63,636 nucleotides of DNA, filler included, from Globobulimina sp. (GCA_003354225.1; 28 parts of 28 records of this genome joined end to end with filler, not necessarily neighbours in it), one strand, 5' to 3'. Shown: positions 1-12,959, counted from the whole stretch's first letter. Translations and numbers: made by a program. The notes: a model not told the origin generated them from the sequence alone.

Positions 1-25
1 AAATTTTTCTGCGTCTAGTCGATCG

Positions 26-310
26 TTTTTTCATATGTTGACGGATTATTCTCATTTTCATGGATTTTTCTCATTTTCATGGATTTTTCCCATTTTCATC
101 GATTTTTCTCATTTTTCATGGATTATTCTCATTTTGATGGATTATTCTCATTTTTCATTGATTTTTCTCATTTTCATGGATTATCTTCATTTTAATGGAT
201 TTTTCTCATTTTCATAGATTTTTCTCATTTTCATAGATTTTTCACATTTTCATGGATTTTTCTCATTTTCATCGATTTTTCTCATTTTTCATGGATTTTC
301 TCATTTCCAC
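26..310. repeat. Degenerate ~19-20 nt tandem minisatellite (GGATTTTTCTCATTTTCAT-like)
   Basis: More than ten imperfect copies visible; ORF 35..217 is just its translation. Confidence 0.9.
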
Positions 311-500
311 TTAAAAAAACAAATTTCCTCTTGGGTTTTTGGGGCCTGTCCCCTCCTAGGTTCGAGATAAATATTCTGACTTCGTACTTTCTGTTTCAAA
401 ATCATAATTCATGATATTGAAAAATTCTTTCTAAACCCAACATGAACTTCGCATTCTTGTTCCTCTTGGGGATAATAAATATATTAAGAAGTAAAAAATA

Positions 501-1944
501 TTATCTTTGATGCTGACTGCATAAATTACATTCCATCGACCAATTTTCATGGTATCCATTGATATCACAGCCTTTATTCTTTATTACAAAACTATTTGGA
601 TTCGTTGCGGTATCATGTTGCTTATCCATTAATCTTTTGGTATCTCGAATATTATATTTTGAAAAGTCCCCACAAATTATCATCCAATGATCGCAATTTA
701 AACTCAAAATATTTATCAATTTATTTAATTTAATGGCAATATGGCGATCATTTCTCGACATTTTTTCAAATCGCAATTTAAATCTATGTTTTCTGACATT
801 TCCTAGGGATTCGATTAAAACATCCAATATATTTAATACCTCTTTCAGTGAACACCACGACAGATCGACACCAATATATTTTAATGTTTTCATTATTGTA
901 TTAATCCATATTTGCAATTCATCAAATTTCTCCTCAATACGATGAAAATAAATTCTCTCCAAACATTTCATATTTTGTTTAATTAATAGTTCCACAAAAC
1001 CCCTACTTGCGTATGGTACCCATCCTAAACATAGTTCTTTTAAGTTATTTAATTTCCCATTCATTTCATCACATAAACATTGGTCAAAATGTAATGACTC
1101 TAAATTATAATTATTATCACATATCGATATCTTTTGCGGTATCTCATATTCATGGCCGTGGATTGCGATTCCTTTTAAGTTTTTGAGAAATGCATAATCC
1201 ATGGCATCATTCTTAAACGCAATCCCAGCAAATTGAATATATTCGAATGTATTTCGAGTGATTAGTGATAATTTTGCAACATCAATGGGGTCTAAATCGC
1301 CAGCGGGAGCATTGATTAATCGAACAACTTTAAGGTTTGATAAATGATATGGATAACATTTAGATAAATGCTGTAATATTAAATTTATTTCGAACTCGTC
1401 CCATTCCACTTCGATTGTTAATTGTTGAATATTTGCAAATAAATTATCAAAGTCATGCCAGTCATATGCAAAACGTGCATTAGAACTATCAGAATTATCA
1501 TAGTCATCAATAATGAGACCTGGAACGATCGTCAATGATTTGAATAATCTTGATTTTGGTAAATATATTTCTTTATTTTCATGGCAAAATTTAATTAATT
1601 TCTCAAAATATTCTTCATTTAATGAATGAAAAATATGAAATCTCAGAAATCATTACATTTGGTAATAAATCCAATTTGATTGAAATCTGTTCATCCAAAT
1701 CAGAATCATCACAATCTTCATTATCATCGTTATTTATTGTTTTTGGTTTTCGGGATTGTATAATGTTGGAAATAATGCTATTCATTGTATTGATATTATC
1801 CATTTTATTATGTGTTAACTCCTGAAACAACCCTTTGAATAATAAGGTTTGTATCTTGTTTCTGTCAAAAGAAGTAATGCATTGTTTCAATTCCTCATCA
1901 TTTAACGATTCAATTTGTTGACGGAATAATATTAACTTTTGCAT
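501..1944 (-). pseudogene. F-box-like/LRR-like protein split by a frameshift near 1620
   Basis: ORF 1615..1944 ends in F-box-like LDLLPNVMISEISYF; the frame of ORF 501..1535 is open upstream (SLNEEYFEKLIKF...) and overlaps it; downstream part has LRR-like LxxLxL motifs. Confidence 0.5.
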
Positions 1945-2178
1945 GTTTTACAGAGAGAAATGGTTTTGAGAACTCAAGTTTTTCAAATATGATCTGAGAC
2001 ACATTTTTTTCGTGAACGTTTGACAATTAAACTTCCCATAAATAAAGCAAAACAGAAATTTCGTTTTTTATTTGTCTGAAAACACAGATGCATCGAACAG
2101 GAAAATAAAAAAAATAGAGTTTAGATATTAACACAACATTTCTCCTTCTGAAATTATGGTGCGATTTGCCCATAATGA

Positions 2179-2278
2179 NNNNNNNNNNNNNNNNNNNNNN
2201 NNNNNNNNNNNNNNNNNNNNNNTTAATTAATTAANNNNNNNNNNNNNNNNNNNNNNNNNNNNNNNNNNNNNNNNNNNN
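2179..2278. other. Artificial contig linker (N44-TTAATTAATTAA-N44); first of 27 copies spaced about 2,274-2,278 bp apart, last at about 61363-61462
   Basis: Identical N-flanked 12-mer with stops in all six frames recurs at steadily decreasing intervals; flanking ORFs are truncated at it. Confidence 0.98.
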
Positions 2279-2385
2279 GTAAATAACTGAAACGATCTTC
2301 TTTTAAATGATTTGGTGAGGTGACCTCTTTTTTTAATCCACCCCTCTTTTATAACAATGGCTGTTTTGCCCCAATCGCTAAAGGT

Positions 2386-3192
2386 CTACGTTGTGTCATC
2401 ATTTTCATGGATGTCTTCTATATCTGCATCTAAGCCAAATATATTATTTATATTTGGTGGCACCCAAAGCATATTGTTCTGCATTTTGAGGTTTTGCACA
2501 TTAATCTTGGTATAAGCTGCATAGCTGCCAATATATTGCTGAAATGCAGTCAACAACACTAACTTTTCTGTTTCCAGTGCCTTCACAGCGGAGATAAATT
2601 CGTTTCTAACTGTTTCCAACTCATTCAATTTGTTGCCAGATTTTGAGCGAACGAGTTTCACTTTGCTTAAGGTCATATTTTTGCTTTGTTGGTTTTTTAA
2701 CATCTTATCATCATCTTTTTTTGTAATATCGTATTGGCCTTTTTTAGTTTTCAATTTTACTTTTAAATTTTGACATTTTTCAATGGCGTTGTTGTTGAAT
2801 GCATTCAATGGTTTAATCAGTTGATCTTTCATATTGATTAAGTACATTTGATATATTTCATCAGTATTTTGTGAGATTCTGCCCATATTATTGAGGAAAA
2901 TACCAAATTTGTCTTTGGGATCCAGGATAGTTACACATGACAATGAGTCATATAATTTGGTACATAACCTAGCTTCCTCAATCTGTGCTAGATGTAAATT
3001 ATTTGCAATTATCTCCAGTTCTGCAGTTACATTTTTCGACTCTTTCAAACGTGCTTTCGCAGCAATAATTTCTTCAGGTTCTAGTGTTTCTTTAGTGTTG
3101 GTCAATTTTAGCTTCGCTTTGACGCCGTATCGTTGCAGTTTTGAAGAGCGTTTGTTGAGATTACGTTTACTTTTGATCATGATTTTATTCAA
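2386..3192 (-). CDS. BAR-domain-like helical/coiled-coil protein
   Basis: Long amphipathic helices and a ...LIKPLNAF...K..YD pattern reminiscent of BAR domains. Confidence 0.4.
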   Translation of the reverse strand: MNKIMIKSKRNLNKRSSKLQRYGVKAKLKLTNTKETLEPEEIIAAKARLKESKNVTAELEIIANNLHLAQIEEARLCTKLYDSLSCVTILDPKDKFGIFLNNMGRISQNTDEIYQMYLINMKDQLIKPLNAFNNNAIEKCQNLKVKLKTKKGQYDITKKDDDKMLKNQQSKNMTLSKVKLVRSKSGNKLNELETVRNEFISAVKALETEKLVLLTAFQQYIGSYAAYTKINVQNLKMQNNMLWVPPNINNIFGLDADIEDIHENDDTT

Positions 3193-3255
3193 ACAACTTG
3201 AGAAAGTTTTTCAGAGTGAGGAGGCCTGTCAAGTGTCAATGTTTACAATGAAAAT

Positions 3256-4293
3256 TCATACTGTTCGACCCTCTTCTTTTTGAAGTCTCATTGTTTTCTT
3301 AATATTAACAACATCCCAATCTAAGTAATTAAATCCAATACTTTCTTCATTCATCTCTTTTTCTGTTTTGCTTCCAGTTTCCATAAAATCAGAACGGATC
3401 GAAGTATCTGATTCTGATGTCATCTCTGTATGCTCCACATCATCCACTTCATGCAATTGCGTATATACATCCATTGTTTTATCTGTATGCGTATTTAGAA
3501 TATATTCAATAAGTAAATATTTATATTCATTCACAAGTTTTAACAAATCTTCCGCATGAAAGTATGTTGGGTTTGTAGTCCAATCTTGTTTAGTTAAATA
3601 AGCAAAATCCCGTTGCTTTTCACCATACACAAATTGACCAGATACTTTCTGGCAAAATAAATCAGCGAATAATGTGTATTCATTTACACCTTTTAATACA
3701 TTCAGATATGCAGAAATATTCTGTTTTTGATGTTCCATTTGATTTAATTCATTTTCAACATATTGTTTGGTTAAATATCGCAGCGGAGAATGTTCCATCT
3801 CATCCAATTTAAATGAACATATAAATAAAAAATAATTGACAATTTTTAATTTCATAATATCTGTTAAAATAGGCGTTAAATCATGTTTTGTACGCTCCAA
3901 ACCAACGTGACATGGACATCTCGGTACTGTACAATAGCAATTATCAATAAATATTCTGTTTGTACAATTCATATGAAACCAATAACTATCCTTTAAAGCG
4001 CCTAATTTAGTTGTTTTGTACCAAGAGTCCCCGCGGTACACAATATTCTCCACTCTGTATTGTCCGGATTGGGAAATACAAGTAAGTCGCCCTTGAAACA
4101 CACAGCTTGGATCATTGAAATAGTTGATAAATACAGTTTGGTTTAAATATTGATCAGGATTCAATAATAATAAATCTTTTAAACTATGGTGAAATGTGAA
4201 AGAATGATTCACAATTTCAGGAAATGCATATCTGTGCGCAATTGATTGTGGTTTACGTCTTGCTTTGATTATGCCTTTATATGTTCTTCCCAT
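3256..4293 (-). CDS. Hypothetical protein, 345 aa
   Basis: Long ATG-initiated ORF in AT-rich DNA; no family recognised. Confidence 0.5.
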   Translation of the reverse strand: MGRTYKGIIKARRKPQSIAHRYAFPEIVNHSFTFHHSLKDLLLLNPDQYLNQTVFINYFNDPSCVFQGRLTCISQSGQYRVENIVYRGDSWYKTTKLGALKDSYWFHMNCTNRIFIDNCYCTVPRCPCHVGLERTKHDLTPILTDIMKLKIVNYFLFICSFKLDEMEHSPLRYLTKQYVENELNQMEHQKQNISAYLNVLKGVNEYTLFADLFCQKVSGQFVYGEKQRDFAYLTKQDWTTNPTYFHAEDLLKLVNEYKYLLIEYILNTHTDKTMDVYTQLHEVDDVEHTEMTSESDTSIRSDFMETGSKTEKEMNEESIGFNYLDWDVVNIKKTMRLQKEEGRTV

Positions 4294-4644
4294 TCCAGCA
4301 TATTCTGATATGTTTTCACAATATAATGAATCTTATAATTTTCTTCACTAAAAAATAGAAATCATACATAGCATCTTCCATATCAGCCATGGTTGCTTTC
4401 TTTTTAATGGATGACTTCTCAAAATGATTTCTTTTATAATTTATCTTTACGTGTTTNNNNNNNNNNNNNNNNNNNNNNNNNNNNNNNNNNNNNNNNNNNN
4501 TTAATTAATTAANNNNNNNNNNNNNNNNNNNNNNNNNNNNNNNNNNNNNNNNNNNNATTGTAAGGACCATTTATATTAATTTTAATATTCTTGCGTTTTC
4601 CTGTTAAATTCACATTTCACACTTAAGTTTAGGTACTTTAGACA

Positions 4645-6734
4645 ATGGAGTCTAAAGAATCACAAAATAGGATGTATAATAACTGTCAAGCCTATGGGGA
4701 GGAATTAGAAGATGTGTTTAGTGAATCTGAGATTCTTTATTTGATTGAATATAAAAATAACAGATCTAATGATAATTACAAGCAACGTTTGTTAACGTTT
4801 CTCTTTTTTTTTGTTTAATAGACCATATGTCTAAAAACAGCAAAGAATTATGCCGAGATAGTCAATATTATTCAGAAATTAGTGGATGAATATAAAGAAA
4901 CAGAGGCTGTGAATAATAACAATTTAAAAGATATTTGTTTAGATTTATGGTTTTATTGCATGGGTTGGACTCAATTGCAATATAAAAATAAAACAATCAA
5001 TTTATTACAGTTAATCGATACAAATTGCAATGAATTATTTAATTATATGTCTTCCATTCATAATATAAATGTATTAATGATGTTATTAAAAATATGTTTA
5101 ACTGAACATCGCAAATCAATCGATTCGGTCTTAGAAGAATCGCAGGGAGTCATTACATTCGATCAAATTGCAAAACAAACAGACAATGCAAATATTATTT
5201 CCTTTTGGAACACATTTTCCATTTTGAATATTTGCATGAATTCAATACTTTGCATAGCGTGGAGCCAAAGAAACAGCCCAAACATTACAAACAATCCACT
5301 ATTTATTGACACATTCCACATTGATAAAGAACCGTTATTTGTGCATTTATTTAACTATATATCGCAGGATAATTATTGTGAAAGAATGCCAATTAAAAAA
5401 TTTATAATCTATATTCGATGGCATATTTTTTTTACAAATAACACTGCAAATCAACTCAATCAAATTAGAAATACTTTTAAGACCAATAAATTGAAAAAGA
5501 AATGTGCAGTGACAGATTTCTTTGAGATTGCTGATAAAATTGATTCGAACTACACTCCATTGCTTGTATTGCCGCCGTCCATTAATATTACGACAAATAA
5601 TGGGAAAGAAGCCAGTGGCTTTAATAGGTTATCCAACGCACCATCGATTTTAAAGAAATCCATCAATGAATTGTTTGGTAACGATGATGATGAGAAATAT
5701 GATAAAAATGCACAGATTAAATATGAACGTCCGAGCGGTTTAGATTATAAATATCCAATCTATGGAATAAATATAAGAAGATTTCAATGCGAAGCCGCAA
5801 CTCCGCGGATTGAATTATTTGGAAAAGACATTGTTCCCACACATATGACAAATTTGTTGCAGCATTGTTTTGAACATTTAGCAGATGGATCGGGCAAAAA
5901 ATTAAAATATAATATGTATGCTTGCGATATCTATAAATATCTGACAATAAAATCACAGATTCCAGATTGGATATTGATGCAGCAAAGCAATAAAAATATG
6001 CAATTTAATAAAAAAGATTCATCGCCGAAATGGTTACAAAATATTCGAATGAGTTTAGGCATTAAAATGTTGGTAAAATTAATGTGTTCAACCATGCCTT
6101 CGTCATATTGTCGGACAGCAAATAAAATCAATATGCGAGCAACCCATGTTCCAGATATTCGATATGAAATTATTGCGTCGGTTTGTAATGAACAACACGA
6201 TTTGAATTATTTTATGGATTTGAAAAGACATCAAAATATATTGATATTTAACATATTAATGTTATTGTTGGGTTTATTAAAATTATTTCGTACACATGAA
6301 ATATTACAATTTGAATATTTGAAACATTTAATACAGAAAAATAATGGAATTATTGTTTTATGCAAATTATTCGCGCATCCATGGACCCGGAGGCCAACAG
6401 AAAAGAAAGTATTTATAACCAAAGCTGAAACATATATTGATATTCAACATAGACAACAATTATTTGATATGATTTATGATGGAAATGGTGAGAGTGAGGG
6501 TGCTGGCAAAGTGTCATCGAAAATTGTTACGATTAAAATTAATGCGTTGCGAATTATGCAGAAGTGCGTAAAATATTCCTTTGGACATTGCAATTTATTA
6601 TGTAATGTATTGTCATATCATCAGTGGTTGGCAAAATATTTGGATAATACGAATGATATTGCCATTGAGAGATATTATATATTAAAGTTATTCAAATCAA
6701 TGATGCCATTTATAAATAACAACCAAAAAGAATA
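4645..6734 (+). CDS. STRIP/Far11 (striatin-interacting, STRIPAK) family protein, 3' truncated; probable short 5' exon plus intron before 4882
   Basis: Motifs RHQNIL..ILMLLLGLLKLFRTHEILQFEYL, GIIVLCKLF, INALRIMQK and YYILKLFK resemble the STRIP1/Far11 C-terminal domain. Confidence 0.75.
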
Positions 6735-6834
6735 NNNNNNNNNNNNNNNNNNNNNNNNNNNNNNNNNNNNNNNNNNNNTTAATTAATTAANNNNNNNNNN
6801 NNNNNNNNNNNNNNNNNNNNNNNNNNNNNNNNNN

Positions 6835-9012
6835 ATCTGAAATTGTTGGTTCTAAATAGAGATTACAGAGAAACACTGAGTTCATGCCTTGACTTTGATG
6901 AATGTGACAAACGAATACCTTTATTGTCCCATATGTTAAATGCAATGCATACACAATTAATGCAGATCGATCACCAGTTTTGGATGCAAATTAATTATAC
7001 AAATCTCATTCAGAATCATGTAGAATATCTAACTATCTTCAAAACATTGTTTAATTTGCAATATGACGAAATAAAAGAATCAATTCTCTCCTCCATAGAT
7101 GAATTAACTGAAAATAAAAATAATTCGAATGAAACTGCAAAATTCAACAAGTTACAATCATGGGCAATAAATGAATCATATTATTCATCTCATGTTGCGC
7201 ATCGATGGCCATTATTTTCAAATCTTTCAAAAACAGTCAAAAAAGATTATCAAACATTAGATGCAGCAGCAAAAAAACTAACAATGGTATTTATAGTTGG
7301 TGTGGAAGGTGTTGGTCATCATTTTTTCCGTTCATTTTTCACAAACTTAGAAAATATTGATAATGAACAGTATGTCCATCAAAAAGATAAACAGTGGACA
7401 CAAGATATCGGTGCATTGTGGCTAATTATGGACGAATGCTGGTCGTTTGATTTATGGGGTTTAATCAAACCATTATCATGGTCGCCGCAATTGGCTGTCA
7501 ATATATCACAACTGCCGGAAAACGAGCAAAAGTTTATTAGTTTATGTGCTGTAGTACAGAAAAGAATTGATGAATATTCGCTAGCTATGAAAAATAATTC
7601 AATATTATTTATATCGACTCGTTTTAGTTTCCCTTATGATGATGCAAAGATTAATAGATATCCAGATATTGTACAATTAATCCAAATGGCACAAAATGCA
7701 AAACCATATCCATTTGATATGCGAGTATTAGTTTTGAAAAGAGATTATAAAACAGCGCTTATTTCATCCTGCATCAAACGGTTTGGTTTTTGCTCGCAAA
7801 GAATATTATTATTGAGGTATATGTTGAATGCAATGCATATACAGTTATCTCAAATTGATTCACAATTTTGGTTACAAATAAATTATACGGATTTAGTGAA
7901 TAATATGATGGATTATTCACATATATTGAGCATATTTTTAAATGTAAAATATCGACATGTTATCACAGCGCTGGAAGGAACTAAAAAAATGTATCATGCT
8001 AACAAACAAAATAAAGTAAGTAAACAAAAAGAATTAACTCAACAGCAATTATTGGTAATCAATGAATTATATTACAATTCGAACAGATGGCCGTTATTTA
8101 CAAATAAATATTATATTGTCAGTCCGAAAAATTATCAATTTTTAACCATGAAAAGATTTTTAAACAATTTAGAGATAACTGGCATGCGAATAAATTCTAA
8201 TGTTCCTTTAGCAGCAATCATCAGTCCAATCAACACCAAATGTTTATTGCTATGGTATAAAATAACCAAAAGCGAGAATTGTAATCCCGGAGGAATCAAA
8301 CATATGACCCACCACATGGTAACCCATGGCATTCTGGAAGCAGTGCATAGAAATTGTAGTTATTTGATATTAGACTCAGACTTGGAATTAGAAAAAAACC
8401 ATGCTTCAAATCATAATACATTTAGCAATATGGAATATAAATTTACCTATTCATATTGGGATTTTTTTGATTTATCCAATGTCAAAATAATAAATAGTAA
8501 GACAAATAAATCAGTTCCATTGAAAATAAAATCATCAAAATATTTTAATGAAAATTTAAAACAGACACTAAATATTTCGGGGAAACAAATGATTTTTAAT
8601 GACGATTTATTTCAATGCGATCGTCAGATTGAACCAAGTCTTTCATATTCAAATAAGACAGATGTAAATGGGGAATTTGTGTTTATTCGATCGCCGACAA
8701 AGTGTGACAAGTGTTGTGGACCGTGGTCACATGAATCATGTTATAATTATTGGAAACCATATAATGTATACATACCTTTTGCTGATCATATTTTGAACGC
8801 ATCAGTTAATATTATGAATAAAATGAAAAATGATATAATGTATCAAAATAAAGATAAAATATATAATAATTACTGCTGGATAACATTAATGGTTCGTAGA
8901 GGAGATAGGAATTATTGGTATAGCACGTCACATAAATTTGGAATGCGACCTAAAGGAATTACAATTATTTTATACTATTTAATTAATAAATTTTGTGATA
9001 TGGATGATAAAA
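6835..9012 (+). CDS. Partial multidomain protein: repeated sulfotransferase-like domain(s) plus C-terminal fucosyltransferase-like glycosyltransferase region
   Basis: PAPS-loop-like VFIVGVEGVGHH; duplicated LVL.RDY...LNAMH.QL.QID.QFW.QINYT; GT-like GGIKHM and TLMVRRGD. Confidence 0.5.
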
Positions 9013-9394
9013 NNNNNNNNNNNNNNNNNNNNNNNNNNNNNNNNNNNNNNNNNNNNTTAATTAATTAANNNNNNNNNNNNNNNNNNNNNNNNNNNNNNNN
9101 NNNNNNNNNNNNTTTATCATCACGGAAATTTATTCAAATGAAAAGGGCCTAAAATTATATTTTTCTAAAAATAAACACGAGAAAAAAAAATAAGACAAAA
9201 AAACACAAATAAAATAAAAAAAAAAATGTATAACGGGAAAAAATTTATACTCACTTAATAATGAAATTGGTGAAAAAAAGGTATTAGTCATATTGTAAAG
9301 TTATTTAATTAATAACGATATTTCCTTCTCATTTCTCTTTCTTTTCTTATCCTTACCAAATCCTCCAATATTTCCATCTCATTCTCCAAAAAAT

Positions 9395-10393
9395 CTAAAA
9401 AACAAAATCCATATATATCAGATGTACATATATTGAAACTTTCAAACCTATATATCCACCAACATGCGCATCATCAGTATGTTGTTTAAATTCACGTTCC
9501 TTTCCATCGACGCCCGTCACAATAATTTCAGCAACTGCTCCTTTACCCATACGCCCAATCTGGGTATTAATCCTTCCCGTCAAATCCCTCGACGTTTCTG
9601 TAATCGTTTCCCAAGTCAGTGGTGGTGGGCGGCTTCCTTCAATTGGAGTTCTCATCGACGATGACCAATGTTTTTTGGCTATTGTTGTTGTCCAATAATC
9701 TTTCTTTCCGGTGGCTGTTTCTGTGCTTCTGCTATATACAGCCTTTACCAAAGTTTTTTTTTTTGCACCGCCAGCGCCAATCATTTCCAATCTCAACACC
9801 TCCTCTTCGCCCATAGTATAACGTAGCACATGATCCACACGCTCACCACTCGAGAATTTCAAGGATATGCGAGTCGTACCATCATCGAGATCTGCAATCC
9901 GCACAGACTTTACATGTTGATACGATTTATGAGTATGTGATTTAAATTCACCTTCCTTTCCATCTTTGTCTGTTACAACAATTTTAAATACTGATTCTGT
10001 TTTCGCAATCTCTTCATTAATCTTTTCCGCCAACTCCGCCGAAGTCCAATCACTTTCAGTGGCTGTTCCTGTGGCTGTTCCTGTGACTGTTCCCTTCCAT
10101 ATCTTTCCTGCAGCTGTTTCGCTGCCTTCTCCTGTATATTCAGCGCGTACCACACTAATTGGTTTATATTCACGGTCTACCTCTTGATACCAGAACAATT
10201 CCAACACATCGTTTTCTAACATAGTATAATAGAATACATGATGCCAACCACTGCCACGCTCGAATGTCAAGGATATTCGAGGACCATCGGCTTCATCAGT
10301 AATGGACACAGATTTTACAGGTCGATATGGTCCACGCCTTGCAAATACTGAGTCACAAAAAATGAGAAACCAAATTGTGTACAACGCAATCAT
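9395..10393 (-). CDS. Secreted protein with two tandem copies of a ~135-aa domain
   Basis: Signal peptide MIALYTIWFLIFCDSVFA; repeats Y.(P/H)VKSV.I.D..DG..RISL.F...HV..YTM and IVT..DGKE.EFK.HT. Confidence 0.7.
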   Translation of the reverse strand: MIALYTIWFLIFCDSVFARRGPYRPVKSVSITDEADGPRISLTFERGSGWHHVFYYTMLENDVLELFWYQEVDREYKPISVVRAEYTGEGSETAAGKIWKGTVTGTATGTATESDWTSAELAEKINEEIAKTESVFKIVVTDKDGKEGEFKSHTHKSYQHVKSVRIADLDDGTTRISLKFSSGERVDHVLRYTMGEEEVLRLEMIGAGGAKKKTLVKAVYSRSTETATGKKDYWTTTIAKKHWSSSMRTPIEGSRPPPLTWETITETSRDLTGRINTQIGRMGKGAVAEIIVTGVDGKEREFKQHTDDAHVGGYIGLKVSIYVHLIYMDFVF

Positions 10394-10549
10394 TTTGTAT
10401 CTGTATATGTTTCCAGCGACGACAGGATTTCCTTAACTCTGAATTTTATATAAAAAACACTTTACTAAAGTTTTAATTTTGCATTTTTTCGTCTAGAAGT
10501 GATCATCGTCTATTCTTCAAGTAAAATAAACAAAAAAAAGTAATCAAAA

Positions 10550-11017
10550 ATGGCTCAAGAACAAAAACAGGGAAACAAACCAGATCAATGTGACGCGTGT
10601 TTTAAGCCATTTGAGCCGGATCCAAAAACCAATAAATTCCAATGGTTGGTAGTGGAGAATTTTAAACTCCATCCCAATTGTTTTAGATGTCGTACTTGTA
10701 ATAACTCGATAAATCAAGCTGATAAATATCATAAAAAAGATGATGGCTCCTTCTTATGTATAAATTGTACGCAACAAGATTATGGCCAGGAAGCCCAATT
10801 AGTGGATCAGAACAACGCCGGGCAATGTTATGCGTGCCAACAAAAAATTGGTGGTAATTGGGTCCAAGACGCCCAAGGGAACTCTTATCATAATAATTGC
10901 TTCAAATGCCGCGAATGTGGTAAAAATTTAGCGAATTCTCAAGAAGGTTATTCGGCGGATGGTGATAAAATATATTGTAAAGGTTGTAGGCAAAAGCAAT
11001 TAGATAATAAAAAATAA
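10550..11017 (+). CDS. Two-LIM-domain protein
   Basis: Two CxxC...HxxCxxCxxC...CxxC LIM zinc-finger patterns. Confidence 0.92.
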   Translation: MAQEQKQGNKPDQCDACFKPFEPDPKTNKFQWLVVENFKLHPNCFRCRTCNNSINQADKYHKKDDGSFLCINCTQQDYGQEAQLVDQNNAGQCYACQQKIGGNWVQDAQGNSYHNNCFKCRECGKNLANSQEGYSADGDKIYCKGCRQKQLDNKK

Positions 11018-11437
11018 ATATATAAAATATAATAAATACTATAAATACCCATACTGTATGTACATAATGTTTGTTTTTTGTATTATAATAATAATTAATG
11101 TGTTTTCCTGGTTTAACATGTTTTTTTTTGTGAGATTTTATTCTTGAATTGGATGTTTTTGTTGTTGTTGTGCTGTTAAACATATTTTATAGCTCTTTAT
11201 CACATGCAAATTGAACGGGAGATTCGTTTTTCATTAAATGTGTGCACTGTAAAGTAATACACAAACGTGTGGAAATATGGCGTTTCTTATNNNNNNNNNN
11301 NNNNNNNNNNNNNNNNNNNNNNNNNNNNNNNNNNTTAATTAATTAANNNNNNNNNNNNNNNNNNNNNNNNNNNNNNNNNNNNNNNNNNNNAATTAATAAT
11401 TTAATAAAAGAAAAAAATATATAACAAATTAACACTT

Positions 11438-12936
11438 TTAATCATTCCAAACACTGTACACAAAGACAAATAACATGACGGAAACTAAAATTGCGGGACC
11501 AAACATGTCATGCAATCCTTTTGTTTGTCCTTTTAATAATTTATAATTCCTGCGATAATAAAGCGTGATGGCATAGATCAACACCAATAACGCAGTAATA
11601 ACTAAACAATACCCGGCCGGATCATTTTCATTTATTGACCGTATGGTTAACCCCGAACCGCCGATAAAAACTGGATTGTAATATGGATTTAAATATTGTA
11701 GGTTTCAATGAATAGAATAAATGAAATGGAGTCACACACTTTTACTTTTACTGTACCTGCTGTTTGAAACCAACCTAAAAATGTTCTTTCATTCGAAAAA
11801 TATACTTTTGGGTCTTTGGCTTTCTTTGGTTTCGAGAGCGCATTCTTCAGTTTTAAGATTTCGGTTGGTTTTATCTTCAAAATTCTTAACCAAACATTTA
11901 AAAATAGGCCATCCAAATGACTCAGCAACATTCGATAGATATTATCCGTAAAATCAAATTGCAAATACAACATAAAACATGTTGCAATATTATCAATCAG
12001 CGGTAGTATCGATGCCCAAATAGATTCTAAACCAACATCGTGTTTTTCCTCCTGCGCCGTCTCATGGATTTCTATAAATATGTTACCAACGACAGATAAG
12101 GTGGATGTCAATACAGTTAACAGCACCAACAATGTCATTTTATTCATCACAGACACCATTGTTACGGCAATACTTTCCTTGCGTACTAATACTGGTTCTT
12201 TCTCCTCATTTTCGTCAATATAATTACGCGATTTCTCTTCCATAGTTTTGGTTAATTCGGTGTAGAAATCGCTTTTTCTTTCACCAGATTTCATTTTTTT
12301 CATATGATTTGTTAACGACATTTTTAACAATAAATACAATTTTGATGTAAATAAATATAACAAGTATAACATGGTAATTTCGACCGACAACATCCAGCAT
12401 ATTTCGCATATAATCACTGTTTTTGTGTGATCTGAAACGGTGATTAATAAAATAATCGCTGCAGAACATAATAATAATACTAATAATATGCTTTTTAATG
12501 TCACGATCACACATTTATAGTTATTGCCACCTCCAAATGTTCCGAATGTATATTCAAAACGACAAATAAATACAAAAATAACACATAAATGCCCGACAGT
12601 GTCGAACGTGGCTTTTAAATATTCGATGGTATGGACGTCGACGAATATCATACCGCTCAGTGTATGCACATCAATTAATAATATTTGTAAAATGACACAT
12701 ATTTCTAAAATCGATGCTATTGTAAATGATAGAATGGCACAGATTGTTATCATCATAAACTTTTTCAATCCGTAATTAACGTTTATTGCACTCTGATTGT
12801 TGTTCATTTGTTTTTTGGACGTGCAGAGAACACGGAGTAAATGCATGATAAGGCTCAATAAAATAAGGACTGTGAGGACATATAATGACAATACAACATA
12901 GGCCGACCTTATTTTAACACCATTAATATGTGCCAT
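11438..12936 (-). CDS. 7TM (GPCR-like) membrane protein fused to a C-terminal DUF202/VTC transmembrane domain; intron 11756-11671
   Basis: Seven hydrophobic segments, then PKVYFSNERTFLGW (VTC/DUF202 signature); splicing an 86-nt GT-AG intron adds VFIGGSGL...LYYRRN...LHDMFGPAILV, ending in TAA at 11438. Confidence 0.75.
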
Positions 12937-12959
12937 GAGTTCTAACGTCTAATAGTGCT

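Noticed and set aside
26-310. CRISPR-like array or repetitive membrane peptide (ORF 35..217)
   Set aside because: Contiguous degenerate units without unique spacers and no cas genes; simple minisatellite
2386-4293. Stop-codon readthrough or alternative genetic code joining two in-frame ORFs separated by TGA codons
   Set aside because: Other genes here use TGG for Trp and TGA as stop; the gap is equally explained by two genes or a decayed spliced gene
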